A DNA stretch of 31,027 nt from a virus (taxonomy: Duplodnaviria > Caudoviricetes). The number at the start of each line of letters is the position of its first letter. The stretch's first letter is position 1. Positions 1 through 9,947 of this stretch are shown piece by piece. The position numbers and the translations under genes are program-made. The notes beneath the pieces were generated by a model. It saw nothing but the letters and a program-made list of their open reading frames with translations. It searched no databases and was not told the DNA's origin. The stretch is taken from positions 1-31,027 of IMG/VR virus record IMGVR_UViG_3300035214_000246. One strand, given 5' to 3'.

Positions 1-90
1 ATCACAGCGACAAACTTTCGATAATACTCAATAAATGTGTTTAAAATTACAACGAAATGTAATAAATATTTCATAAGGCAAAGGTGATCT

Positions 91-351
91 ATGAAAAAAC
101 ACACACGTACCATATTAGAAGAAATTAGTAGAGTAGTTCCTACTAGTAGTATGAATAATTTAGTTGAGACTCGTGCTGGCCACGTTATATCATCTGCTAT
201 AAACATTACTAAAATGATCTATGAATCATACGATGAAGCAGTTGCAGAAGACCTGGTAAAGAGATTTGTTAATAGCATAAAGACAGCAGATCCAAAGAAA
301 TTTGAGCGTGGAATAAAAAAGGTAAAAGAGTCCAAAAACAATGAAAGCTAA
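91..351 (+). CDS. hypothetical phage protein
   Basis: 86-aa ORF, AAGGTG RBS-like motif and AATAAATA (61-68) upstream; overlaps the next gene. Confidence 0.7.
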   Translation: MKKHTRTILEEISRVVPTSSMNNLVETRAGHVISSAINITKMIYESYDEAVAEDLVKRFVNSIKTADPKKFERGIKKVKESKNNES

Positions 352-2230
352 TGATCTATTAAACGAAGATCCAAATTTACATCTTACACATTTAGAAGAT
401 TTGGCATTATTTCAAGGTAAAGCAGGTGCCTTAAAAGCTGTCGCATTTTTACGAAACCTTACTGATCTAGCAAAAACATCAAGTACTAAAAAATTCAATG
501 TAACTATAAAGTGGGATGGCTCACCGGCAATTGTGTGTGGTATTGATCCAAGTGATGGCAAGTTTTTTGTTGCTACAAAAAGTGCATTTAATAAAGACGC
601 AAAGCTTAATAAAAGTATAGAAGATATTACAATAAATCATCCAGATGCAAGAGATACAAGTAAGCAAGGATTAAGAGATAAGTTAGTTGTAGCTTTTAAT
701 AGTTTACAAAAATTAGGTATAAAAAATATTTTACAAGGTGATTTACTTTGGACTAAAGGAGATTTAAAAACAATACAATACAAAGGCGAGCCATATGTTG
801 CATTTAAGCCAAATACAATAACTTATGCTGTTCCAAAAAATATGGAACTAGCTCAGCAAATTCAACAAGCAGATTTAGGTATTGTTTTTCATACTAGCTA
901 TTCCGGGAAAAGTTTAGATAGTATGACAGCAAGTTTTGATATTGATTTAGAAAGTTTAGCTAAGATACCTGAAGTTTGGTATGATGATGCTTATATAAAA
1001 GATTTTACTGGAGTAGTAAATCTTACACAAGGCGAGTATGCCAATGTTAATCAGTCAATTGCTGATGCTGAAAAATATATTAATGCATCAGGCAATATTT
1101 TTGATTTTTTAGAAGCTAATGAATTAGGTAAAGATTTTAAACAACTTGTTCACGCAAATCATAACAATATGATTAAAGCTGGAAATATTACACAAGACCC
1201 GTTAACATTTTTTTATAACTTTGCTAAAGACTATGAAGCAAGAGTTGAAAAAGCAATTGAAAAATTAAAAACAGGCACAGAAGGACCAGCTGGCCAAAGA
1301 AGATTATTAGCATTAGAGCAATGGCGAAATTATTATATGGCAAATAAGACTAATATTCAAAATTGGTATAGTGCTTGGTTAAAATTAACAGCAATCAAAA
1401 ATACATTATATCAAAAATTAAAAAATATTAAATCTATTGACGCTTTTGAATTACAAGGCGATGATTATGTAGTCAGAGATCAAGAAGGATTTGTTGCAGT
1501 AGATCACGTAGGTAATGCAGTTAAAGTTGTAGATAGATTAGATTTTTCTAGAAAGAATTTTGCCAAAGAAAGTTTTACACTAGTTAATAATTTAAGTGAA
1601 AGTAGAGCTTTTAGATCAAGACAAGATTTAGGAAAAAATTCAGCATCTGAAAATGGTGAATTAGTTTATGCGTATTGTTTAGCATTATTAGTTTTAACAG
1701 GAGAATACAAATATCAAAAAATTGCAAAAAATTATATTATTAGAAGTATGAGTTATGGTAATTATGATTTCTTTAGAACTAATGGAACAGATTTATATTT
1801 GTTATTACATAGTATTGTAGGCACAGGATCAATAGTAAACTTTACTAATAAGCGAAGCAGTAAAGAGTATATTGGTAGACTACAACGACATTATACAGAT
1901 ATAAATCATTTATTAAGATATATTTCAACAGATACATTTTCAAGAAAACAAACGTCAAGTATGTTGATTAGATTAGAAACACAGTTAGCTGTAAAGTCAT
2001 CTGATTTGAAAAAAATAAGAAGATTTGTTTCTGACTGGGATCGTTTAAAAGAAAAAGAAAAATATAATGTTACTATTGATATAATGCAATATATGAGACA
2101 CAATGTTTCTAGAAGTGAATTATATGGAATATTACAAAGTATGGTTAGAGAAAGAAATCTTAGAGATAGGCATACAGTGAAGCAAAAATCGTTGCCTAGG
2201 AATGTGGCAGTAGGAGCAAGAAGAAGATAA
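341..2230 (+). CDS. phage protein with an N-terminal ATP-dependent ligase/nucleotidyltransferase-like domain and an unknown C-terminal domain
   Basis: 629 aa; motif I-like TIKWDGSP (KxDG), motif III-like LQGDLLW, motif IV-like QEGFV, motif V-like AVKVVDR. Confidence 0.55.
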   Translation: MKANDLLNEDPNLHLTHLEDLALFQGKAGALKAVAFLRNLTDLAKTSSTKKFNVTIKWDGSPAIVCGIDPSDGKFFVATKSAFNKDAKLNKSIEDITINHPDARDTSKQGLRDKLVVAFNSLQKLGIKNILQGDLLWTKGDLKTIQYKGEPYVAFKPNTITYAVPKNMELAQQIQQADLGIVFHTSYSGKSLDSMTASFDIDLESLAKIPEVWYDDAYIKDFTGVVNLTQGEYANVNQSIADAEKYINASGNIFDFLEANELGKDFKQLVHANHNNMIKAGNITQDPLTFFYNFAKDYEARVEKAIEKLKTGTEGPAGQRRLLALEQWRNYYMANKTNIQNWYSAWLKLTAIKNTLYQKLKNIKSIDAFELQGDDYVVRDQEGFVAVDHVGNAVKVVDRLDFSRKNFAKESFTLVNNLSESRAFRSRQDLGKNSASENGELVYAYCLALLVLTGEYKYQKIAKNYIIRSMSYGNYDFFRTNGTDLYLLLHSIVGTGSIVNFTNKRSSKEYIGRLQRHYTDINHLLRYISTDTFSRKQTSSMLIRLETQLAVKSSDLKKIRRFVSDWDRLKEKEKYNVTIDIMQYMRHNVSRSELYGILQSMVRERNLRDRHTVKQKSLPRNVAVGARRR

Positions 2231-2604
2231 TGTATTCTTTAAATACAAGTAAGAATCAATATATGCAAGTGAGTGAAGATCTTGAAGTTTATAAGATAAT
2301 TACAACTTTACCAATAGATTATCAAAATAATGATTTAAATTTTGATAAAGAAAAAGATTTTGATCATTTGCATCAGTTAATTACTATGTATGGAAAAATA
2401 TTATTTTTCTCAAAACCACGTAGATCTACATACAAAGGTAAACAAGTATATGAAGTGACATTTGGAGTTGAACAGAAGAATTTATTTGAGCTAGGAGCAA
2501 ATCCAGTAGGAGTGTTAGAAAATCGTTTAAATAATGTGATTTTGTTTAGTGATACAATATACACTCAAGGAGTAAATACAAACATATGGATTATTAAATT
2601 TTAA
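2230..2604 (+). CDS. hypothetical protein
   Basis: 124-aa ORF coupled to the previous gene by a TAATG overlap. Confidence 0.7.
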   Translation: MYSLNTSKNQYMQVSEDLEVYKIITTLPIDYQNNDLNFDKEKDFDHLHQLITMYGKILFFSKPRRSTYKGKQVYEVTFGVEQKNLFELGANPVGVLENRLNNVILFSDTIYTQGVNTNIWIIKF

Positions 2605-2619
2605 GGAGAAACGAGAGAG

Positions 2620-2889
2620 ATGGAAAAACCAGCAAAACCAGTGATAGCAAGTTCTACAGCAAATCCCAAAGAAACTGTGGAATATGGTAGTTTAGAGGTT
2701 CACGTAGCTTTAAGTCGTGAGCGTCACGAGGTTATCGAAAACAGGTTTGATAGAGTTGAAGCCCATATGGTAAAATTAGAAGATAGTATGGATAAAGGCT
2801 TTGAGAAAATGCAAAAGATTATTTTATGGTCTGCTGGTACAATGTTTTTTACATTAATTTCTATGCTCGTTGCAACAATACTTAGATAA
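2620..2889 (+). CDS. small coiled-coil protein with a C-terminal transmembrane helix
   Basis: AAGGAG upstream; heptad-like RFDRVEAHMVKLEDSM followed by hydrophobic IILWSAGTMFFTLISMLVATIL. Confidence 0.65.
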   Translation: MEKPAKPVIASSTANPKETVEYGSLEVHVALSRERHEVIENRFDRVEAHMVKLEDSMDKGFEKMQKIILWSAGTMFFTLISMLVATILR

Positions 2890-2898
2890 GGAATAACA

Positions 2899-3234
2899 AT
2901 GCTGATAAAAGACATAGTAGGAGAAGGCACACCGCAAATATACGGAAAGTATAAGAATCAGCTTAAGAGACGATATAGATGCCAAATGGGTCCAAGGAAA
3001 GGCAGAATAGTAGCCGACCCAGCCACGTGTACAGCACCAATAAACATTGGTAAAAGAATGCAGATGAGAGCTACTCGTGCCAAACGTGCGACAATGATGG
3101 GCAAGTTATCACAGTTTACTAAAAAATATAATCCAACTTCTAAAATTGTTAAAAAGTTAAATAAACAGATTAAAAAGAGAAGAAAACCTACTCAAACGAA
3201 AAATACTTTGGCAAGGACATCAGGGAGAAGTTAA
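2899..3234 (+). CDS. highly basic virion/prohead-core-like protein, paralog 1
   Basis: K/R-rich; YRC..G..KGRIV..P..C.AP motif shared with the next ORF; AAGGA RBS. Confidence 0.6.
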   Translation: MLIKDIVGEGTPQIYGKYKNQLKRRYRCQMGPRKGRIVADPATCTAPINIGKRMQMRATRAKRATMMGKLSQFTKKYNPTSKIVKKLNKQIKKRRKPTQTKNTLARTSGRS

Positions 3235-3527
3235 TGTTTATTAGTGATATTATAAATGCTGGAATCCGTGAAGCCAAGTTAATATATGGCCGAAAAGGTA
3301 AAGAGGTAGTAAGAAAATATCGTTGTACATTTGGTAGAAAAAAAGGTAGAATTGTTAGTAATCCTTCTGTTTGTAGTGCTCCTTTAGATCTTAAAAAACG
3401 TTTTGTTATGAAAAAAATGAAAGCTAGAATGGGTTCTAGATTACAAAGAAAAATCAGGTTTTCTAAAAAGTTTAATCCTGCTTCACGTAGGGTTAGGGCA
3501 TTAAACAAGTCATTAAGACGAAGATAA
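3234..3527 (+). CDS. highly basic virion/prohead-core-like protein, paralog 2
   Basis: aligns by eye with 2899..3234; TAATG coupling. Confidence 0.6.
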   Translation: MFISDIINAGIREAKLIYGRKGKEVVRKYRCTFGRKKGRIVSNPSVCSAPLDLKKRFVMKKMKARMGSRLQRKIRFSKKFNPASRRVRALNKSLRRR

Positions 3528-3530
3528 TAC

Positions 3531-3559
3531 TTGATCTTTGTTAATAAATTTTGTATATT
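3531..3559 (+). promoter_or_regulatory. sigma70-type promoter
   Basis: TTGATC-17 nt-TATATT upstream of ATG 3570. Confidence 0.45.
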
Positions 3560-3569
3560 AATACTATAA

Positions 3570-4337
3570 ATGAGATATAATAATAGATATAACAAATATA
3601 ATAATAGCAATCCACACGGAAGTGGTGACCCATATGATAGAAATGTACAATATTGTGTGCCAACCTTTCCAGATTACCCTTCTCTTAATTCTGCAATAGA
3701 ACATTTTAAAGTTATGAAAATAATTGCTAGATGGGGTCCTCCAGGAGTGCCACCAGTAAAATTTCTAGATCATATGGAATTGCAGTTAAAGAAATTTAAA
3801 GGACAAAAAGATGTTCATAAAGAAAAAGTTCAACGTATTAGAACTATGTTGGACAAGTTCGATCATATTACTAGTAGAGTTATTAAAGATACTATAGTAA
3901 AAAATATAGATAATCCTGCATTTAATGAAGCAATATCTACTAAAAAACGTGCTGATGGAGTTGAAGTGGGTAATTATATTATTCAAGTTACTAAGAAAAA
4001 ATATAAAAGCTATAATATTATTAATAAATTAAATCAAAATATATTGTATACTGAAATTAGATTGTACGAAACAGCATATATGATTGTAAAAACTTTAATA
4101 AATGGAGCTAATAAAGACTCAGAAGAAATTGAACAGTTGTTAGATGAGAATGAACATTATAATGGAATAGCCAAAAACATATGGTTCGAATCACTTAAAT
4201 TACGTGACAGATCGTTGTCAGAAGAAGAAAAAGGTATGGCTACACAGACTATAAATCAGCTAGAGGAAGAGTTACTCGATATAAAAACTCATATAAAAGG
4301 TAATTACAATGAGGAAATTAATAGCTCAGATGTATAA
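3570..4337 (+). CDS. hypothetical protein
   Basis: 255-aa ORF; no family recognised. Confidence 0.7.
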   Translation: MRYNNRYNKYNNSNPHGSGDPYDRNVQYCVPTFPDYPSLNSAIEHFKVMKIIARWGPPGVPPVKFLDHMELQLKKFKGQKDVHKEKVQRIRTMLDKFDHITSRVIKDTIVKNIDNPAFNEAISTKKRADGVEVGNYIIQVTKKKYKSYNIINKLNQNILYTEIRLYETAYMIVKTLINGANKDSEEIEQLLDENEHYNGIAKNIWFESLKLRDRSLSEEEKGMATQTINQLEEELLDIKTHIKGNYNEEINSSDV

Positions 4338-4340
4338 ATA
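4333..4340 (+). promoter_or_regulatory. T4-type late promoter
   Basis: exact TATAAATA, 8 nt before ATG 4349. Confidence 0.55.
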
Positions 4341-4348
4341 ACATTGTT

Positions 4349-5152
4349 ATGAAACTAAACGATCTTAAATCCACATACGAATCACGAATAGCTAAAGTAA
4401 ATCGTTGGCTTGAAGAAACTTATGGTTTTAAAGTGTTTGACAAAGTTGCTATAGAAAAATTATATGCTACTAGAGAAGCTTTAGACAAGCAACGCGAAGA
4501 GCTTAAAATGAGTTTACCTTTTAATTCTTACCACGAAAATCCTCAATATGCAAAAAACATTCTTTTATCAGAAGCTATTGTTTTAATGATAGGACAAATT
4601 GATGATGAAGAGATGCGAAGAAAACCAGATGATGATAATGAAGACGGTGAAGATAGTCCATTATCAGATGTAAATATTGACGGTCAAGTTCCGGCAAGTG
4701 AAAGCAAACAATCTGTTAAAGAAGACGGTGGTTTAGAACAAGCTGAAACTGTTTTAGCTTCGAAAAATTTAGTTGATGCTTTACAAAGTATGATTGAAGA
4801 TCTTGGTAAAATGCAAAATGATGATTTAGGTGCAATTGTTGATCAAATGCAACAACAATTTGGTGCAGATAAAGCCAGTTCGTTTAATGGAAATGTAAAC
4901 GAAATTATTGACAATTTATTAAATGCGGCTAGAGAAGCCAAAGAGAGTGTTAACAATGAAGTATTAATACTTCAAGGCGAAGCACCTGCGACAGGTAGTA
5001 CAGGTATGACAGACCCAGAAGCAGATGTATCATCTATGGATGATGATTCTTTAGAAATTGAAGAACCAGCAGATAGTGATATAGCATCTGATGGTGACGA
5101 TGCGGCATCAGGACCACTTGATGAGCCTCTTGGTAGAGCCAAGAAGGCATAA
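4349..5152 (+). CDS. acidic helical protein, possible prohead core/scaffold-like
   Basis: 267 aa, D/E-rich, helical; late promoter upstream; function inferred. Confidence 0.5.
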   Translation: MKLNDLKSTYESRIAKVNRWLEETYGFKVFDKVAIEKLYATREALDKQREELKMSLPFNSYHENPQYAKNILLSEAIVLMIGQIDDEEMRRKPDDDNEDGEDSPLSDVNIDGQVPASESKQSVKEDGGLEQAETVLASKNLVDALQSMIEDLGKMQNDDLGAIVDQMQQQFGADKASSFNGNVNEIIDNLLNAAREAKESVNNEVLILQGEAPATGSTGMTDPEADVSSMDDDSLEIEEPADSDIASDGDDAASGPLDEPLGRAKKA

Positions 5153-5475
5153 TGTTAGTTAGAGAAATCTCAGAAAATTATATTTCAAAATTGCGTACTG
5201 ACGCACTTAATCTTCTTGTGAGATTAGTTGCTAAAGGTAATGATGAAATTAACACTGATTCAATGGCAGATGAACTTAATAAAATGGGCCATTCTGTAAA
5301 TGTTAACTCTTTAGCTGATTTGGTAAAAAATATGGCAATGGTTAAGAGCATAAATCAAGATAAAATTACCCTAAAAACAAATTCTAATTTGACACAACAC
5401 AGTAAAGATGCTACAATGGATAATGAAAAGGCAGTTAATAAACTTGCTAAAAAAACCATTGATAGGGATCTTTAA
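5152..5475 (+). CDS. hypothetical protein
   Basis: 107-aa ORF, TAATG coupling. Confidence 0.65.
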   Translation: MLVREISENYISKLRTDALNLLVRLVAKGNDEINTDSMADELNKMGHSVNVNSLADLVKNMAMVKSINQDKITLKTNSNLTQHSKDATMDNEKAVNKLAKKTIDRDL

Positions 5476-6156
5476 TTGACTAAACTACTTGTAGAAAAAT
5501 TTCAATATAAAAAATTAAAAAGAACAACAATAAACGGTAAACGTCATTATGTTGGTGAAGACGGTAATCCTGTTCCGAGTGTTACTACAATTTTATCCCA
5601 TTCAAAAGATATGACAGGTCTTAATGCTTGGAAGAGAAGAGTAGGTTATGCAGAAGCACAAAGAATAGTAACTGAAAGTGCTAATTTAGGTACAGTTACT
5701 CATAAACATTTAGAGTCGTATGTTGAAGGTGTAGAACGCCCTACCGGTACAAATCAAGTATATCAAAAAGCAAAAGGATTAAGTGATATTATTATTGATC
5801 AAGGCTTTGATAAACTAAATGAAGTTTGGGGTGTTGAGCAGGGGTTGTGTTTTCCAAATTTATATGCTGGAACGGCCGATATGGTTTGTGTATATGATGG
5901 ATTGCCAGTTATAGGTGATTTTAAAACAAGTCGTAAAGTTAAAAAGAGAGAATGGATAGATGACTATTTTGTTCAATGTGCCGCTTATGCCTTAGCACAT
6001 AATGAAGTTTATAACACAGATATACAAGCAGGTTTAATATTCATTGTATCACATTCTGGTGAATATCAGCAATTTTTAGTCAAAAATAGCGAATTTAAAA
6101 AATATACAGATATGTGGTTAGACAAAGTTGAACAATATTACAAAGCTACTAAATAG
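5476..6156 (+). CDS. PD-(D/E)XK exonuclease (phage exonuclease/MGME1-like)
   Basis: PSVTTIL, GTVTHKHLE, AGTAD..DFKTS, Q-x3-YA motifs; TTG start. Confidence 0.85.
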   Translation: MTKLLVEKFQYKKLKRTTINGKRHYVGEDGNPVPSVTTILSHSKDMTGLNAWKRRVGYAEAQRIVTESANLGTVTHKHLESYVEGVERPTGTNQVYQKAKGLSDIIIDQGFDKLNEVWGVEQGLCFPNLYAGTADMVCVYDGLPVIGDFKTSRKVKKREWIDDYFVQCAAYALAHNEVYNTDIQAGLIFIVSHSGEYQQFLVKNSEFKKYTDMWLDKVEQYYKATK

Positions 6157-6178
6157 TATTATATAATAGGTTTATGAG

Positions 6179-7489
6179 ATGACAACAACATTTGTAAGAT
6201 TAAAAAATAGAAGAGGAAATCGTACTGATTTACCTCAGCCATTAGCTGAAGGTGAAATTGGCTTCGCATTAGATACACGAGAATTGTATATTGGTGGGGG
6301 TGACCAATCTGCTAGAAACAGAATGGTGCAAGTAGGTAATTTTTTAAATGCACAGGCAACTGTACAGAGTTTAATTAATACTAGATTAGTTGTTTTTCAA
6401 ATGGCATCAACTGAAAGTTTTGTAGGTGATGGAACTAATGGTAGCTCAACAGTTTTAAATGGTGGTACAGCATTAGTATTTCCAACTGGAAAGTCATCTT
6501 TAAATTTTGGTTCAGATGATATTATAGTAACAAAATACAATATTAATAAAATACCAGGTCTAGTTTCAACTAGTTCATACTCAGTTGGTGTAGCAGGTAC
6601 AGATTTAACTATAACATTTAACGCCGCAGGTATACCTGAAAATAATACTGTTTTATGTGTAACTAAATGGCTCGGTACTGAAATAATTGATTATGTTAAA
6701 AAAGCTTATGCAGACGAAATGTCTATAACGATAGCAGATGTAACAACAGCAGTTTCAAGAACCGAAGATGTTATAACGTTTAGTGCTACAGGTCAAGCAA
6801 CATATACTTTATATTCTGATTTAACATCAGGAACAGGATTTATTGATATTGGAGACCACGGTGCTCAACAAGTTGCTAGACAAAATTCATTTGCTACCCA
6901 ATTAGCACAAGAAGATGGAATAGGATCAGCTGGTATTAATACGGCTGTGTTTATACGTGGAACAATGCCAGGATTAGGATATACTTCTGGACAAATTGAT
7001 GTGCCTGGCTCATTATTAATTGAAATGGATAGTCCTCAACAAGCAATATCATTATCTAAATTCTTAAATGATGCAGTTGGTACAGCCGAAGTAACAGTAG
7101 CTAGTAATATTAAAATTTATACGCAAGATAGTAAACCAGAATTTGATAATAACCAATATGTTGGACCAACATTTTTAATTAAAAAAACATTATCTCAAGG
7201 TGGATCGACAGCAGATATAACAAGTTTTGAAGTTACTGAAGCTAACACTTATTTTTTAGATTATTCATTAAAATTAGGTTCTGCTTATGCCGTAGGTTGT
7301 ATTAGAGTTATTTCAGATGGTACTAACGTTCATTATATTGATGATAGAACTGAAACAACAGATACTAGTGAAATTACATTTAGTACTCCTGCAATTAGTG
7401 GCGGATTAGTTAAGTTACAATACACGAATACGAATGCTACTACTGATGCTACACTATCATATGTTTTAAAACGTTGGTTAACAAGTTAA
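6179..7489 (+). CDS. virion structural (tail/fibre-associated) protein
   Basis: N-terminal RRG...LP..LAEGEIGFALDTRELYIG motif typical of tail fibre/Mtd-like N-termini; T/S/G-rich; ACTAAATA at 6148-6155. Confidence 0.7.
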   Translation: MTTTFVRLKNRRGNRTDLPQPLAEGEIGFALDTRELYIGGGDQSARNRMVQVGNFLNAQATVQSLINTRLVVFQMASTESFVGDGTNGSSTVLNGGTALVFPTGKSSLNFGSDDIIVTKYNINKIPGLVSTSSYSVGVAGTDLTITFNAAGIPENNTVLCVTKWLGTEIIDYVKKAYADEMSITIADVTTAVSRTEDVITFSATGQATYTLYSDLTSGTGFIDIGDHGAQQVARQNSFATQLAQEDGIGSAGINTAVFIRGTMPGLGYTSGQIDVPGSLLIEMDSPQQAISLSKFLNDAVGTAEVTVASNIKIYTQDSKPEFDNNQYVGPTFLIKKTLSQGGSTADITSFEVTEANTYFLDYSLKLGSAYAVGCIRVISDGTNVHYIDDRTETTDTSEITFSTPAISGGLVKLQYTNTNATTDATLSYVLKRWLTS

Positions 7490-7519
7490 TTTTTGTCCAC
7501 GATTTTCAAACATTTTACA

Positions 7520-7548
7520 TTGACAAATCCATTAATGTCTAGTATTGT
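7520..7548 (+). promoter_or_regulatory. sigma70-type promoter of nrdAB
   Basis: TTGACA-17 nt-TATTGT. Confidence 0.55.
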
Positions 7549-7590
7549 TATATATACAGAATAAAAAGAGTTTGAAGATAAGAATTAACA

Positions 7591-9930
7591 ATGAATATTA
7601 CAACTGACACCACAGCTGAACTTTATATTATTAAAAGAGACGGAAGAAAAGAATTATTAGATATTAATAAAGTTCATAAAATGACTGAAGCGGCTTGTAA
7701 TGGACTTACAGGTGTGTCATCGTCACAAGTTGAAATGAATTCAGGTTTACAATTTAGTGATGGAATGTCAACAAATGACATTCAAGAAGTTTTAATAAAA
7801 TCAGCAAATGATCTAATTACTTTAGATAATCCTAATTACCAATATGTTGCGGCAAGGTTACTTCTTTTCTCATTACAAAAACACGTATTTGGTAAATGGT
7901 TGCCATTGGATGGTTATATTCCATTAAGATACTTGGTATCAAGAAATATTGAACGTAAGGTATATGATAACTCAATCTTAGAAAAATTCTCTGATGATGA
8001 ATGGAATAAACTTAATAGTTATATTAAGCACGAAAGAGATTGGGATTTTACATACGCAGGTCTTAGGCAAGTTGTAGACAAGTATCTTGTACAAGATAGA
8101 TCATCTGGTGCTGTTTATGAAACACCACAATATATGTATATGATGATTGCTTGTACATTGTTTGCTAACTATTCATCAGACACAAGAATGAAATATATTA
8201 GAAAATATTATAATGCTATTTCTACTTTTAAAATTAATATTCCTACACCGGTAATGGCTGGAGTAAGAACACCTATGAAACAATTTGCAAGTTGTGTTCT
8301 GGTTGAAGTTGATGATACACTTCCAAGCATTTTTTCAAGTGATATGGCTATTGGTAGGTATATTGCACAAAGAGCCGGTATTGGTATTAATGCAGGACGT
8401 ATTAGAGGTATTAATGCTAAAATTAGAGGTGGCGAAGTAGCACACACAGGAGTGATTCCATTTCTAAAAAAATTCGAATCAACTGTAAGATGTTGTACAC
8501 AAAATGGTGTACGTGGTGGTAGTGCAACTGTGCATTTTCCTATTTGGCATCAAGAGATTGAAGACATACTTGTATTAAAAAATAACAAAGGTACAGAAGA
8601 TAATAGAGTTCGTAGATTAGATTATTCAATACAAATTAGTAAATTATTTTATGAAAGACTTTTATCTAATGAATATATAAGCCTTTTTTCACCTCACGAA
8701 GTGCCAGGATTGTATGATGCATTTGGTACAGATCAATTTGATGCGTTGTATGTTAAATATGAAAAAAGTAAAAGTATTAGAAAAATAAAAATACCTGCAC
8801 AAGAATTGTTTAATAATCTTTTAAAAGAAAGAGCAGAAACTGGTCGTATCTATATTATGAATATAGACCATTGTAATAGTCACTCATCTTTTAAAGATAA
8901 AATTAATATGAGTAACTTATGTCAAGAAATTACATTACCTACTGCTCCTCTCCAACATATTGATGGTGATGGTGAAATAGCTCTTTGTATTTTAAGTGCT
9001 ATTAATGTTGGTATTATAAAAGATTTAGATGAGTTAGAAAACTTATGTGATTTGTCAGTTAGAGCTTTAGATGAAATTATTGATTATCAACAGTATCCAG
9101 TTAAAGCGGCTGAAATATCAACTAAAGCAAGAAGAAGTTTGGGAGTTGGATATATTGGTCTTGCACATTACCTAGCTAAACACGGTGCAGGATATAACGA
9201 AAAGAAAGCATTAAAAGTTGTACACGAATTATCTGAAGCATTCCAATATTATTTGATTCAAGCATCAATGAATTTAGCACAAGAAAAAGGTAGATGTGAA
9301 TATTTTAAAAAAACAAAATATGCAGATGGCTTAATGCCAATTGATCATTATAAAAAAGATTTAGATAGTATATGTAATACAACATTAAAATTAAATTGGG
9401 AAAAATTAAAAAAACTAGTAAAAGAGTTTGGTATGAGAAATTCAACATTATCAGCACAAATGCCAAGTGAAAGTTCTTCTGTTGTTAGTAATGCTACAAA
9501 TGGAATAGAACCACCTAGAGGATATTTGTCAGTTAAAAAAAGTAAAAAAGGTCCACTAAAACAAATTGTCCCACAATATAAAACATTAAAAGAGTATTAT
9601 ACCTTGTTATGGGAGATGCCAAGTAATGAAGGTTATATTAACATTGTATCAATTATGCAGAAATTTTTTGATCAAGCAATTTCAGGTAATTGGAGTTATA
9701 ATCCTACGCATTTTGAAAATAATGAAGTGCCAATGAGTGTTATGTTTAAAGACTTATTAACAACTTATAAGTTAGGATGGAAAACTAGTTATTATCAAAA
9801 TACATATGATTTTAAAACTGATGCGTCAGTTGAAGTAGAAGTTGCTCCAATTCAAATTGCGGCACAAGAGTTTGCAAAAGCAAATTTAGAAGTAAAAGCT
9901 GATGAAGATTGTGATTCTTGTGTTATATAG
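7591..9930 (+). CDS. nrdA: ribonucleotide reductase class Ia alpha subunit
   Basis: ATP-cone IIKRDG, FASCVL, SNLCQEI, KTSYY, C-terminal CDSC. Confidence 0.98.
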   Translation: MNITTDTTAELYIIKRDGRKELLDINKVHKMTEAACNGLTGVSSSQVEMNSGLQFSDGMSTNDIQEVLIKSANDLITLDNPNYQYVAARLLLFSLQKHVFGKWLPLDGYIPLRYLVSRNIERKVYDNSILEKFSDDEWNKLNSYIKHERDWDFTYAGLRQVVDKYLVQDRSSGAVYETPQYMYMMIACTLFANYSSDTRMKYIRKYYNAISTFKINIPTPVMAGVRTPMKQFASCVLVEVDDTLPSIFSSDMAIGRYIAQRAGIGINAGRIRGINAKIRGGEVAHTGVIPFLKKFESTVRCCTQNGVRGGSATVHFPIWHQEIEDILVLKNNKGTEDNRVRRLDYSIQISKLFYERLLSNEYISLFSPHEVPGLYDAFGTDQFDALYVKYEKSKSIRKIKIPAQELFNNLLKERAETGRIYIMNIDHCNSHSSFKDKINMSNLCQEITLPTAPLQHIDGDGEIALCILSAINVGIIKDLDELENLCDLSVRALDEIIDYQQYPVKAAEISTKARRSLGVGYIGLAHYLAKHGAGYNEKKALKVVHELSEAFQYYLIQASMNLAQEKGRCEYFKKTKYADGLMPIDHYKKDLDSICNTTLKLNWEKLKKLVKEFGMRNSTLSAQMPSESSSVVSNATNGIEPPRGYLSVKKSKKGPLKQIVPQYKTLKEYYTLLWEMPSNEGYINIVSIMQKFFDQAISGNWSYNPTHFENNEVPMSVMFKDLLTTYKLGWKTSYYQNTYDFKTDASVEVEVAPIQIAAQEFAKANLEVKADEDCDSCVI

Positions 9931-9947
9931 GAAAATAAATAATTTAA

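Noticed and set aside
7493-7501. DnaA-box-like TTGTCCACG upstream of nrdA
   Set aside because: Single copy with two mismatches to TTATCCACA; not enough support.
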